From: Planctomycetota bacterium
GTDB taxonomy: Bacteria; Planctomycetota; UBA1135; UBA2386
Length of the DNA: 64,000 nucleotides
Reading direction: 5' to 3'
Assembly (NCBI GenBank): GCA_016794485.1
Contig: JAEUHV010000081.1
Span: 3,133-67,132, forward strand
In this document: piece by piece, positions 27,690 through 35,712 of the stretch
How positions within the stretch are numbered: the stretch's first letter is position 1
Layout of the letters: the number at the start of each line of letters is the position of its first letter
Made by a program: the position numbers and the translations under genes
Notes under the pieces: generated by a model
The model's input: the letters and a program-made list of their open reading frames with translations, nothing else
Databases searched by the model: none
What the model was told of the DNA's origin: nothing

Positions 27690-28327
27690 CGACCACGCAA
27701 CAGAACGGCATGGCGTGGCCGCTGCACTGGCCCGCCGGCAGGCCGCGGACGCCGCGGCACCAGCGCAAGCGCAACCCGCTGTGGAAGGGCGCAACCGTGT
27801 CGACCGCGTGCGCCGAGATCGAGCGCGAGGTCGAGCTCATGGGCGGCGTCGAGCTGGTGATCTCGACCAACCTGGCGCTGCGCATCGACGGGTTACCGCG
27901 CGGCGGCCAACCCGAGCCGGAGGACGCCGGCGCGTGCGCCTATTTCGAGCGCAATGGCCGCCGGATTGCGCTCGCGTGCGACCGATGGGCCAGCGTTCGC
28001 GAGAACCTGCGCGCGATCGGGATGCACCTGGCCGCGATCCGCGGGCAGGAACGCTGGGGCGTCGGCGACCTCGACGCAGCGTTCGCCGGCTACCAGGCGC
28101 TGCCCGCGCCTGACGTCGACCGGGCCTGGTGGGACGTGCTGGGGCTCGACCGCACGACCGCGGCGCATCTGCGCCACCGGCCCTTCGACGAACGGCGCGA
28201 GGTGCTGGTCGCCCGCTTCAGAGCCCGCGCGAAAAACGTCCACCCGGACAGCGGCGGAACACAGGAGGCGTTCGTCGAGCTGCAGAAGGCCTACGAGACC
28301 GCTCGCCTTGAGCTGGGGGTCGATTGA
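27686..28327 (+). CDS. phage J-domain (DnaJ-like HPD) protein
   Basis: The C-terminal ~65 aa is WWDVLGL...ARFRARAKNVHPDSGG..EAFVELQKAYETA, with the HPD tripeptide. The N-terminal domain is of unknown function. Confidence 0.7.
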   Translation: MTTTQQNGMAWPLHWPAGRPRTPRHQRKRNPLWKGATVSTACAEIEREVELMGGVELVISTNLALRIDGLPRGGQPEPEDAGACAYFERNGRRIALACDRWASVRENLRAIGMHLAAIRGQERWGVGDLDAAFAGYQALPAPDVDRAWWDVLGLDRTTAAHLRHRPFDERREVLVARFRARAKNVHPDSGGTQEAFVELQKAYETARLELGVD

Positions 28328-28692
28328 ACTGCCACGCCCCCATCGACGACGACGGCCCGGCATTCGACAACGGGTGCCAGGACCTCGACTGCGCCGGCAC
28401 GGGCTGGCAGATCATGCCGAACGGCCGCGTGGTGCGGTGCTGGCTGTGCGCGCAGGCCAACCGGCCTGCCGACCCAGCGTTCCGCCCGGACGACCCGTTC
28501 CTGCCGGTGCGGATCCCGCCCGAACGCCTGCGCGAGTTCGTGCTGCCCCCCACCAAACACGAAAGCGAGCAGCACGCCGAACGGCGGCGGGGCGGTCCCG
28601 GGACCGTCGTCGGCGTGCTGCTCGTGATCCTCGCGCTCGTCGGCCCACCCATCATCTGGATCGTGTGGCAGCTGGCCAGGAGGGCACCTTGA
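28324..28692 (+). CDS. zinc-ribbon protein with C-terminal TM anchor
   Basis: TTG 28324 (TTGA overlap). Cys pairs GCQDLDC..RCWLC. C-terminal hydrophobic helix VVGVLLVILALVGPPIIWIVW. Confidence 0.45.
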   Translation: MNCHAPIDDDGPAFDNGCQDLDCAGTGWQIMPNGRVVRCWLCAQANRPADPAFRPDDPFLPVRIPPERLREFVLPPTKHESEQHAERRRGGPGTVVGVLLVILALVGPPIIWIVWQLARRAP

Positions 28693-29108
28693 CCTGGTTC
28701 AAGTCGGACGTGCGGCTGCAGTGTTCGCCGCGCCTGCGCGCCGTGGGCTCGTCGCACGGCCTGCCGGCGCAGCAGCGCGCGACCCTGCTGTGGCACGCGG
28801 TCCTGGCCGTGAACGCCGAGCACGACTGCGACGGCAAGCTCGCGTCGATCTACGCCGACGCGGGCTACCTCGCGACCTTCGCTCCCTCCCTGAACGCGAT
28901 CGAGTTCCGCGCGGGCCTCGAGCACCTGGCCGTGGTCGGCCTGATCGTGCTCGAGGGCGACGGCTCGATCACGTTGCCCGGGTGGGACGAGACCTGGCGG
29001 TGCGTGAAGACCTCGACCGCGCGCGTGCGGCTGCACCGCCAGCTGAAGGCCGAGCGCGAAGGCAAACCGCCGGCCGGGCCTCGTGGCCGCGGCGAGGGGG
29101 TCGCTTGA
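28689..29108 (+). CDS. hypothetical protein (possible winged-helix replisome-organizer-like)
   Basis: TTG 28689 in the frame of track ORF 27954..29108. Weak resemblance to phage replisome-organizer N-domains (LLWHAVLAVNAEHDCDGKL...GLEHLAVVGLIVLEGDGSITLPGW). Confidence 0.35.
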   Translation: MTWFKSDVRLQCSPRLRAVGSSHGLPAQQRATLLWHAVLAVNAEHDCDGKLASIYADAGYLATFAPSLNAIEFRAGLEHLAVVGLIVLEGDGSITLPGWDETWRCVKTSTARVRLHRQLKAEREGKPPAGPRGRGEGVA

Positions 29109-29674
29109 CCCACGTCTTCGCGGTCGAGGCGATGGCCGAGTGCGACCAGCGCGGGCACCAGTGGGCCTGGGTACCGAGCTGGCACGACGTCGGATTCTGG
29201 GAGTGCGCGCGGTGCGGCGCGTCTGGCCCAGCCGGCGGCCGTGCCGAGCTGCACGAGCCCCCAGCGAGTCGCGCCAGCTGCCTGCAGGTCGCCGTGCCGG
29301 CCGTGGTGGTTCCACCCGTAACACAGCCCGTCACACGTGTGACGGCTGGCGCGCAACGCGGCAAGTCGACCAAGCCACAGCCGAACCGCGACGTCGACAT
29401 CCTGGCCATGCTGGCCACCGGCAAGTCGGTCGCGGCCGTCGCGGCCCGGTTCGGCCTGACCCCCGCGCGCGTCTACCAGATTCGGTCGCTCGACCGGATG
29501 AAACGCACGGGTGCAACGTTTCAACGAAACGTTCCGCCGAAGCGTTCTGAGGAGAGGAGAGGTGAGGTAACCCCCCTTACCCCCCTCCCTGGGCAGGAGG
29601 GGGGATCGGCTCGCGCCGAGCAGAACCAGAAGCAGAGCCGGCAGCAGAGCCCAGGAGGCCGCCGTGGTCAGTGA
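29105..29674 (+). CDS. zinc-ribbon plus HTH DNA-binding protein
   Basis: TTG 29105 in the frame of track ORF 28721..29674. CDQRGH...CARCG, then a LuxR/sigma-region-4-like HTH (DILAMLATGKSVAAVAARFGLTPARVYQIRS). Confidence 0.45.
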   Translation: MTHVFAVEAMAECDQRGHQWAWVPSWHDVGFWECARCGASGPAGGRAELHEPPASRASCLQVAVPAVVVPPVTQPVTRVTAGAQRGKSTKPQPNRDVDILAMLATGKSVAAVAARFGLTPARVYQIRSLDRMKRTGATFQRNVPPKRSEERRGEVTPLTPLPGQEGGSARAEQNQKQSRQQSPGGRRGQ

Positions 29675-30290
29675 ACGCGACCTCCGGCGCCTGGGCATCG
29701 GGGCGCGGAATCCGGCCGCCAGGCGCATGCTGGCCCTGCTGCTGCACGACGTCGACCACGACGCGGTCGAGTGGATCGTCACGCAGGCGGCCCGCCAGGA
29801 CGGCGTCGAGCTGGCACCCAGCACCGCCACGACCTGGCTGCAGGATGGCAGCTGGCGCGACCTCTGGACCGCCGAGCTGCGCCGGCGCGCGGCCGCCTCG
29901 ACCGAGGCCATGCCGCGCGATCGCCTCGAGGGCCTGGTGGCGTGCCGCGTGATCGCGGACCGGTGCTCGCTCGACCAAGTCGCGGCCGAGTTCCAGCTGG
30001 CGCGCGACGAAGTGCGACGCCTGGTCGTGCGCGGCGCGGTCGCGCGCGGCCTGACCGACCAGCAGGTCGACGAGCTGTTCGGCGTCGCGGCACCGTCGTC
30101 GCGCCGTAGTGCCGAGGCCTTCGCCGAGGCCCGCACGCGCTACGCCGCCGCTACGGCGGCCAAGCCCGCGACTGCCGCGCCAGCGGCCCGCCCGACGCGC
30201 GACGACCTCGCGCGCATCTACGCGCAGGCCGGCCGCAAGGCGCCCGCGCACGTCGTCGAGATCCTGACGCGCGAACGGACCACCCCATGA
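29664..30290 (+). CDS. hypothetical protein
   Basis: Track ORF with a GTG start that overlaps the upstream stop. No motif recognised. Confidence 0.4.
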   Translation: MVSERDLRRLGIGARNPAARRMLALLLHDVDHDAVEWIVTQAARQDGVELAPSTATTWLQDGSWRDLWTAELRRRAAASTEAMPRDRLEGLVACRVIADRCSLDQVAAEFQLARDEVRRLVVRGAVARGLTDQQVDELFGVAAPSSRRSAEAFAEARTRYAAATAAKPATAAPAARPTRDDLARIYAQAGRKAPAHVVEILTRERTTP

Positions 30291-31639
30291 AGAAGCCGAA
30301 GAAGCCCCCCACCACCGCGCGCGTTTGGCACGGCGCGCCGCAGCTCGAGCAGGCGCTGGTCGCCGTGTCCGAGCTGAAGCTGGATCCGGCGAACCCTCGC
30401 CGGCACGGAGACCGCAACCTCGAGGCGATCCGGGCCAGCCTGTTCCAGTTCGGCCAGCTGCGGCCGATCGTCGTGCAGCGCTCGACCATGCAGGTCGTGG
30501 CCGGCAACGGCACCATGCGGGCCGCGCAGATGCTCGGCTGGACGCACGTCGCGGCCACGGTCACCGCGATGAGCGACGCCGAGGCCCGGGCGTTCTCGGT
30601 TGCCGACAACCGCACGGCCGAGCTGGCCGAGTGGGATCCTGACCAGCTCGCGGCCGCGCTGTCGGACCCGTCGCTCGACGATCTGCTCGGCGCCACCGGT
30701 TTCACGCAGGCCGAGATCGACAAGCTGCTGGGCGACGACGCTTCGGGGCTGCCGCCGCAGCGGCCCGAAAATATTCGCGAGAATATTCCGCGGTCGACGC
30801 CGGACGACGACGAGCAGGACGAGGACGAGGGCACCACCGAACCGGCCAACGGTGAGGCCGACGACCCGATCCCGGAGCTGCCGAAGGAACCGAAGACGAA
30901 GGCCGGCGACGTGTGGGTCTGCGGCGACCACGAAGTGCTCTGCGCGGACTCGTTTGGCGACGTCGCGGCCGCGTTCATCGGCCGTGCGCGCTTCGACGCC
31001 GTCGTCACGGATCCGCCGTACGCGATCTTCGGAAGCTCGACCGGGGTCGCCAGCGACATCGCCGACGACAAGATGGTGCGCCCGTTCTTCGCGCAGCTGG
31101 GCCGCCTGATGGCGGCCGCGTTGAAGCTGTTTGGGCACGCCTACGTGTGCACGGATTGGCGCAGCTGGGCCGCGCTGTGGGAGTCGTTGAAGGGCACCAA
31201 CATCCGCGTTCGCAACATGCTGGTGTGGAACAAGCGCGGATCCGGCCTGGGCAGCAACTACGCGAACACCCACGAGCTGATCGCGTTCGCGGCGCACCTG
31301 CCCGAGCAGAAGGCGATGACCTCGCGGCAGCAAGCCGGCGTGCGCCCGGTGCACAAGGGCAACGTGCTCGAGTTCAACCGACCGACGGGAGACGACCGTC
31401 CACACAATGCGAGCAAGCCGGTCGGCCTGATCCAGCAGCTGATCGAGAACAGCACCGACAAGGGCGGGCTGGTGCTCGAGCCGTTCGGCGGCGGCGGTTC
31501 GACGCTGGTCGCCTGTGAGAAGGCCGGCCGCCGCTGCCGGCTGATCGAGATCGAGCCGAAGTGGTGCGACGTCATTGTGGCGCGCTGGGAGCAGCTGACC
31601 GGACGGAAGGCCGAACGGCGCGAGGGCCAACGATGCTGA
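30287..31639 (+). CDS. ParB-like N-domain fused to an N6-adenine/N4-cytosine DNA methyltransferase
   Basis: ParB block (LKLDPANPRRH..FGQLRPIVV..VVAGNGTMRAA), then the methyltransferase motifs DAVVTDPPY (motif IV) and LEPFGGGGSTLVACEKAGRRCRLIEIEP (motif I). Confidence 0.85.
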   Translation: MKKPKKPPTTARVWHGAPQLEQALVAVSELKLDPANPRRHGDRNLEAIRASLFQFGQLRPIVVQRSTMQVVAGNGTMRAAQMLGWTHVAATVTAMSDAEARAFSVADNRTAELAEWDPDQLAAALSDPSLDDLLGATGFTQAEIDKLLGDDASGLPPQRPENIRENIPRSTPDDDEQDEDEGTTEPANGEADDPIPELPKEPKTKAGDVWVCGDHEVLCADSFGDVAAAFIGRARFDAVVTDPPYAIFGSSTGVASDIADDKMVRPFFAQLGRLMAAALKLFGHAYVCTDWRSWAALWESLKGTNIRVRNMLVWNKRGSGLGSNYANTHELIAFAAHLPEQKAMTSRQQAGVRPVHKGNVLEFNRPTGDDRPHNASKPVGLIQQLIENSTDKGGLVLEPFGGGGSTLVACEKAGRRCRLIEIEPKWCDVIVARWEQLTGRKAERREGQRC

Positions 31640-31851
31640 ACAAAGACGTCGACCGGGACCTTCGAGCCCGTGCCGTGGAGCTGACCAACGCTCTGCAGAA
31701 CGTTGCGCGCGGCGATAGCCGGAAGCTGCCCCCATGGCTTGCCACGCGAACGCTGGAGTCGGTGCGTGCTGAGCTGGAGCAGATACGGCACGTGTTCGAG
31801 CTGGTCGAATCTCTCCGCCCCCCGGCGCCGCTGTTCGTGGAGAAGTGCTGA
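31633..31851 (+). CDS. small hypothetical protein
   Basis: ATG 31633 in track ORF 31561..31851; overlaps the methyltransferase stop. Confidence 0.35.
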   Translation: MLNKDVDRDLRARAVELTNALQNVARGDSRKLPPWLATRTLESVRAELEQIRHVFELVESLRPPAPLFVEKC

Positions 31852-32324
31852 TGAACGAGCCTGCGACGATCGGCCTGCGCAGCTGCACGAATCGGGTGCG
31901 CGAGTGCACCTGCGGCGCGTCCGTCAAGTGGGCCACCACGACCGCGAGCCGCCCGATCTGCCTCGAGGCCGGCGCGAACATCACCAAGGAAGCGGACGGC
32001 CTGCGTGTGCGTCGAGAGGACGTGCACTGGTCGCGCTGTCCTGACGCCGAGAAGCACCGCAAGCCACGCCAGGCCGCCGGCGGCGTGCTGGACGCTGTCG
32101 AGCAGATCGGCAAGCTGCGCAACCAGGTTCGTGATCTCCGCGTCGCGCTGCAGGGTGAGCAGGCCGAATCGACCCGCCTGCGCAAGGTGCTGACCGTGCT
32201 GGCCGCGTCGGTGAAGGCCGGCGCGACCCGGGTCGACATCGTGCAGCGCATCGAGGCCGAGCTGGCGCCAGGCCCGCGCAGCGAGCACGTCTATCCCGAG
32301 GGGAGCCGCTACGCCGGCGATTGA
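31851..32324 (+). CDS. hypothetical Cys-containing / coiled-coil protein
   Basis: Track ORF 31845..32324. ATG 31851 shares one base with the upstream TGA. N-terminal Cys/His cluster and C-terminal coiled coil. Confidence 0.4.
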   Translation: MNEPATIGLRSCTNRVRECTCGASVKWATTTASRPICLEAGANITKEADGLRVRREDVHWSRCPDAEKHRKPRQAAGGVLDAVEQIGKLRNQVRDLRVALQGEQAESTRLRKVLTVLAASVKAGATRVDIVQRIEAELAPGPRSEHVYPEGSRYAGD

Positions 32325-32563
32325 CCATGCGCACCGTCACGGAACACGAGCGAGTCGCGCGCCGCTGCGCCGCCCTTCCCCTCGTCGAGCAGGCACGGAT
32401 CGCGCACAAGCTGCTCCTTGCTGGATCGGAAACGGACGAGGCGATCGCCACCGCTCTGCTGCGATCGGCGCAGCGGCACCTGGTGTCGCTTGAGGAGCTG
32501 CGGCACGCGATCCCGAGCGAACGCCACGCTCTGGGCGAACTCGAACGCAGGATCACCGAATGA
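32321..32563 (+). CDS. small hypothetical protein
   Basis: Track ORF. TTG 32321 (TTGA overlap) or ATG 32327. Confidence 0.35.
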   Translation: MTMRTVTEHERVARRCAALPLVEQARIAHKLLLAGSETDEAIATALLRSAQRHLVSLEELRHAIPSERHALGELERRITE

Positions 32564-32614
32564 ACACGACTAAGTGCGCGCGCCCTTCCCAGGGTGTCGG
32601 GCGTCGCACCGAGG

Positions 32615-32659
32615 GGCGCCGGGCCGGTTTGCATGGTCCGGCACGGCGCCCCGTTTTCT
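32615..32659 (+). terminator. intrinsic-terminator-like hairpin between early genes and the nuclease/secreted-protein genes
   Basis: The arms GGCGCCGGGCCGG (32615-32627) and CCGGCACGGCGCC (32638-32650) pair 12/13 with a 10-nt loop. They are followed by CCGTTTTCT, and T runs are rare in this DNA. Confidence 0.45.
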
Positions 32660-32669
32660 CCGGAGGCCA

Positions 32670-33005
32670 ATGGGCGCGCGCGTGAAGTGGACCCCCACCA
32701 CCCGAACGATCGGGTTCCTCGAGGCCCGCGGCTGGATCGTCGACATCGCCGAGCGGCAGCAGGGACCGATCACGCGCGACCTGTTCGGCTGCATCGACCT
32801 GGTCGCGGTGCACCCGGACAAGCGCGCGGTGCTGTTCGTGCAGGTCACATCGCGTTCCAACATCGCGAGCCGCATCGCGAAGACCTTGGCCCAGCCGACG
32901 ACGCGCAAATTGATCCAGGCCGGCGTGCTGATCGAGGTCTGGGGCTGGGGCGACGAGGCCGAACCGCGAATCGAGAGACTCAACACCTGGGATATCCAGG
33001 CGTGA
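32670..33005 (+). CDS. PD-(D/E)XK-like nuclease-fold protein (possible junction resolvase)
   Basis: ATG 32670 follows GGAGG (32662-32666). Pattern IAERQQG...DLFGCIDLVAV...VLFVQVTS resembles Hjc/VRR-NUC-type cores, but the usual Lys position is Thr. Confidence 0.35.
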   Translation: MGARVKWTPTTRTIGFLEARGWIVDIAERQQGPITRDLFGCIDLVAVHPDKRAVLFVQVTSRSNIASRIAKTLAQPTTRKLIQAGVLIEVWGWGDEAEPRIERLNTWDIQA

Positions 33006-33031
33006 CTTCTGTAACTGAACGAGGAAGGACA

Positions 33032-34894
33032 ATGAGGACGATGGTCTGGGCGTTGCTGTTGTGGTGCGCGTTCGCGCGCGCTGCTGTTGGTCAGGTCGTG
33101 AGGATCGAGAACCTGGCACCCACGCCGTTCGCCGGCTGGAAGCGTGTCACGGTCGACGTCGCGCCACCGCACCAGGTCGGCCGCGTCGGCGACACGCTGT
33201 TCGTCGTCGGGCGCGCCGTGGGCGTCGACACGCGCGTCGTCGACGTGCTGGTGTCGCTGCCGCCTGGCGGCAAGGTGACCGTCGACCTGGCCGCGGCCGG
33301 GCCGGCGGCGTGGACGCTCGGCGGCCTGCCGTCGTCGCCGGCGGCGTGGTTCGGCGGATGGGCGTCGATCGCCGGCACGCCGCTGCAGATCGTGTCGCTC
33401 GCCGCCGACGGCGCCGGGTGGCTCGTGCACCTTCGCGCACGCCCAGCCGTTGCGCCGATGCTCGTGTGCGACCTCTGGCTGGTGTGGTATCCGGACGCGC
33501 CAGGCTGGGCCCGCGGCGAGGTGATGGTCACCGCCAGCAACCCGACGATGCCGGCGATGGCCGCGACGATCCCCGCCGGCTTCATCCTGTCGTTCGGCTC
33601 GGCGATCGTCGCGGTGCCGGGCGGCAATGGACCGCTCCTGGCGCCTGGCACGGTGCTCGCCGACGGCCAGGCGCGCGCGCTGCCGGTCGTGTTCGTGTGG
33701 CCGTCGAAGCTGCAGAGCGTTGCCGACTTCGGGTCGGTCGTCGCCGACGCACAGATCGGCGTCGCCGGCGTGGGCGTTTCGCGGCTGTTGGCGAACGGCA
33801 ACCCGACGTATCCGGCGTCGTTCGTGCCGCGCACGTGGGCCTCGGCGATGCTGCCCGGGGCTGTGCAGCGGCTGCACACGTTCGAACCCGCGGTGTGCGG
33901 GCCCGCGTCGGCAAGCCCGCAGGCCGGTGACCAGGAGGACAGCGTGTTCACGCGCGGCGAGGCGCTGCTGCCTGGTGGCGTCGGCGCCGAGATCGTCGCC
34001 TACCTGTCGGCCCTGAAGCTCGCCGCCAGGCCGTGCCACCATCGCGAGGCCGATGGTTCGCAGCTCGACCCAGCGCGACACCCGCAGCTCGTGATCTGGG
34101 GCGGGCGTCCGCACTGGCACACCGGAGTCTCGCCGGATCGGCTCGGCAAGCCGGTCGACCTGACGGTCGCGGATGCGCAGGGCTGGTGGGGCCCTGACGT
34201 CGAGCACGCGATGTTCGCGACGCTGACCGCTGGTGCGCGCCTCACCGGCTCGCCGGCGCTGCAGCAGCTGCTGCGCCAGCAGGCCCTGCAGTATCCGCTG
34301 CAGTGGACCACGCGGCCGGGCTGGTCAACGTCCGAGCCGTTCGCGGCGCGCGCGGTCGGATGGGAAGGCATCCTGGCCGTGCACGTGTGGCGTGACCTCG
34401 AGGACCGAGCCGTGGCCGGCGCGGTGCGCGCGCACTACACCCAGCGCGTCGCGATGGTGCTGGTGCCCAAGCTCGGCGCGACCGCGTTCGACATCTGGGA
34501 CGTGCGCGTCGACGACCCGCGCCTGGGCGCTGGGCGTCGCTGGATCCCGTGGCAGCAGGCCCTCGGCTCCTATGGCCTCGACCTTGCGGGCGAGCAGTTC
34601 GGCCTGCAGGCAGCGAGGGACGTGGCTATCCGTGCAGCGCGGCGAGTGCTCGACGATGCGTGGCGCCAGGTCGGTGGTCGATGGGTGTGCTGCCCTTCGG
34701 GGCTCGTCGCCGAGCTAGGCGGCACGGGTGGCACGTTCGACGAGGGGTTCGCGCACTACGGCATGCCCCTCGCTGCTGCTGTCGTGTTGAGGCACGAGCC
34801 CACCCACGCGAAGGCACGCGCGATCCTGGCCCAGGTGCGAACCAGCGCGACGGCCCCCACGCACACGCGATGGCTCGCGCCTGGTGTGCAGTGA
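33032..34894 (+). CDS. signal-peptide-bearing 620-aa protein of unknown function
   Basis: ATG 33032 follows GAGGAAGGA. N-terminus MRTMVWALLLWCAFARAAVGQ. Beta-rich N-terminal half and helical, Trp-rich C-terminal half. No motif recognised. Confidence 0.6.
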   Translation: MRTMVWALLLWCAFARAAVGQVVRIENLAPTPFAGWKRVTVDVAPPHQVGRVGDTLFVVGRAVGVDTRVVDVLVSLPPGGKVTVDLAAAGPAAWTLGGLPSSPAAWFGGWASIAGTPLQIVSLAADGAGWLVHLRARPAVAPMLVCDLWLVWYPDAPGWARGEVMVTASNPTMPAMAATIPAGFILSFGSAIVAVPGGNGPLLAPGTVLADGQARALPVVFVWPSKLQSVADFGSVVADAQIGVAGVGVSRLLANGNPTYPASFVPRTWASAMLPGAVQRLHTFEPAVCGPASASPQAGDQEDSVFTRGEALLPGGVGAEIVAYLSALKLAARPCHHREADGSQLDPARHPQLVIWGGRPHWHTGVSPDRLGKPVDLTVADAQGWWGPDVEHAMFATLTAGARLTGSPALQQLLRQQALQYPLQWTTRPGWSTSEPFAARAVGWEGILAVHVWRDLEDRAVAGAVRAHYTQRVAMVLVPKLGATAFDIWDVRVDDPRLGAGRRWIPWQQALGSYGLDLAGEQFGLQAARDVAIRAARRVLDDAWRQVGGRWVCCPSGLVAELGGTGGTFDEGFAHYGMPLAAAVVLRHEPTHAKARAILAQVRTSATAPTHTRWLAPGVQ

Positions 34895-35184
34895 CGCGCC
34901 TCGCCGAGACATACGCCGAAGCCGCACGGCGCGCGTGCCATCGCGGCACGGAGGAAAGCCCGTGTGCCACCTTGGCACCCCGGCACGGGTCCCTCCGGGG
35001 GTCGGGCGATTCCCACGAGGGTCGCGAGTCGAGGCCTGTCTGCGTTTTCGGCCCCCCAATTGGTCGTGTCGCCGCCGCCGCACGGCCGCCGCGCCGCGAT
35101 CGCCCCGTGCGGCGTGTTCTGGGGCCAGTGACCCGCCGCTAGCCGGCATGGCCGTTTCCGACCGTCAGGAACCCGATCGACGAC
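34895..35184 (+). promoter_or_regulatory. candidate cos / terminase-recognition region
   Basis: 290-bp non-coding gap immediately upstream of the Nu1-like TerS. The motif CSGCACGG occurs at 34924, 34946, 34983 and 35080, and inverted at 35105. Small palindromes GTGCCAcctTGGCAC and CCAATTGG are also present. Confidence 0.3.
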
Positions 35185-35712
35185 GTGCTCGACCACGACA
35201 AGCTCGCCGCCGCTGCCGGATGCTCGCGCCGAACCCTCGAGCGGTGGCGACGCCGTGGCGCACCGATGCCGGCCGCCGACGAGTCGATCGAGGGCTGGGT
35301 CGCGCGCCTGCGCACCTGGAACGCCTCGCTGCCGAAGAAGAACGGCCGCCGCGTGTTCGCTGCACCTGGTGCCGAGACCGACAAGCCCAAGGGTGTCGAC
35401 TGGGAGGAAGAAGGCCGTCGCGCGCTGGCACTGACCCGCATCCACGACCTGCAGGTCAAGCGGGGCAAGTTCATGCCGCGCGACCAGGTCGTCGACGAAT
35501 GGGCACGCCGTGCGTTCGCGGCCTCGCGTCGGTTCCTCGCGTTGCCGCGTCAGATCGCCGGCGCGGTCACGGCCGCGCCCGAGGTCCGGGCGCAGATCGA
35601 ATCGGAAGGCCTGCGCCTGGTGCGGGAAGCGCTGCTCGAGTTCGTCGCGACCAGCGAGAGCACCCCCACGCCGCCAGCGCTGCAGAACCTCGACGGTGAG
35701 CTGTCGTCATGA
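35185..35712 (+). CDS. terminase small subunit (Nu1-like, N-terminal wHTH)
   Basis: GTG start. LAAAAGCSRRTLERWRRRGAPMP resembles the Nu1 HTH. Lies directly upstream of and overlaps TerL. Confidence 0.65.
   Translation: MLDHDKLAAAAGCSRRTLERWRRRGAPMPAADESIEGWVARLRTWNASLPKKNGRRVFAAPGAETDKPKGVDWEEEGRRALALTRIHDLQVKRGKFMPRDQVVDEWARRAFAASRRFLALPRQIAGAVTAAPEVRAQIESEGLRLVREALLEFVATSESTPTPPALQNLDGELSS

Noticed and set aside
29548-29604. A purine-rich SD-like run (GAGGAGAGGAGAGGTGAGG), C6 runs and a perfect 9-bp hairpin (CCCCCCTCC / GGAGGGGGG, 29580-29604) inside ORF 29105..29674, resembling a programmed frameshift cassette.
   Set aside because: There is no X_XXY_YYZ heptamer in the zero frame. The -1 frame downstream encodes Pro/Arg/Gly-rich junk (track ORF 29671..29952) and does not join the next gene's frame. 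It is probably just coding sequence for ...EERRGEVTPLTPLPGQEGG....
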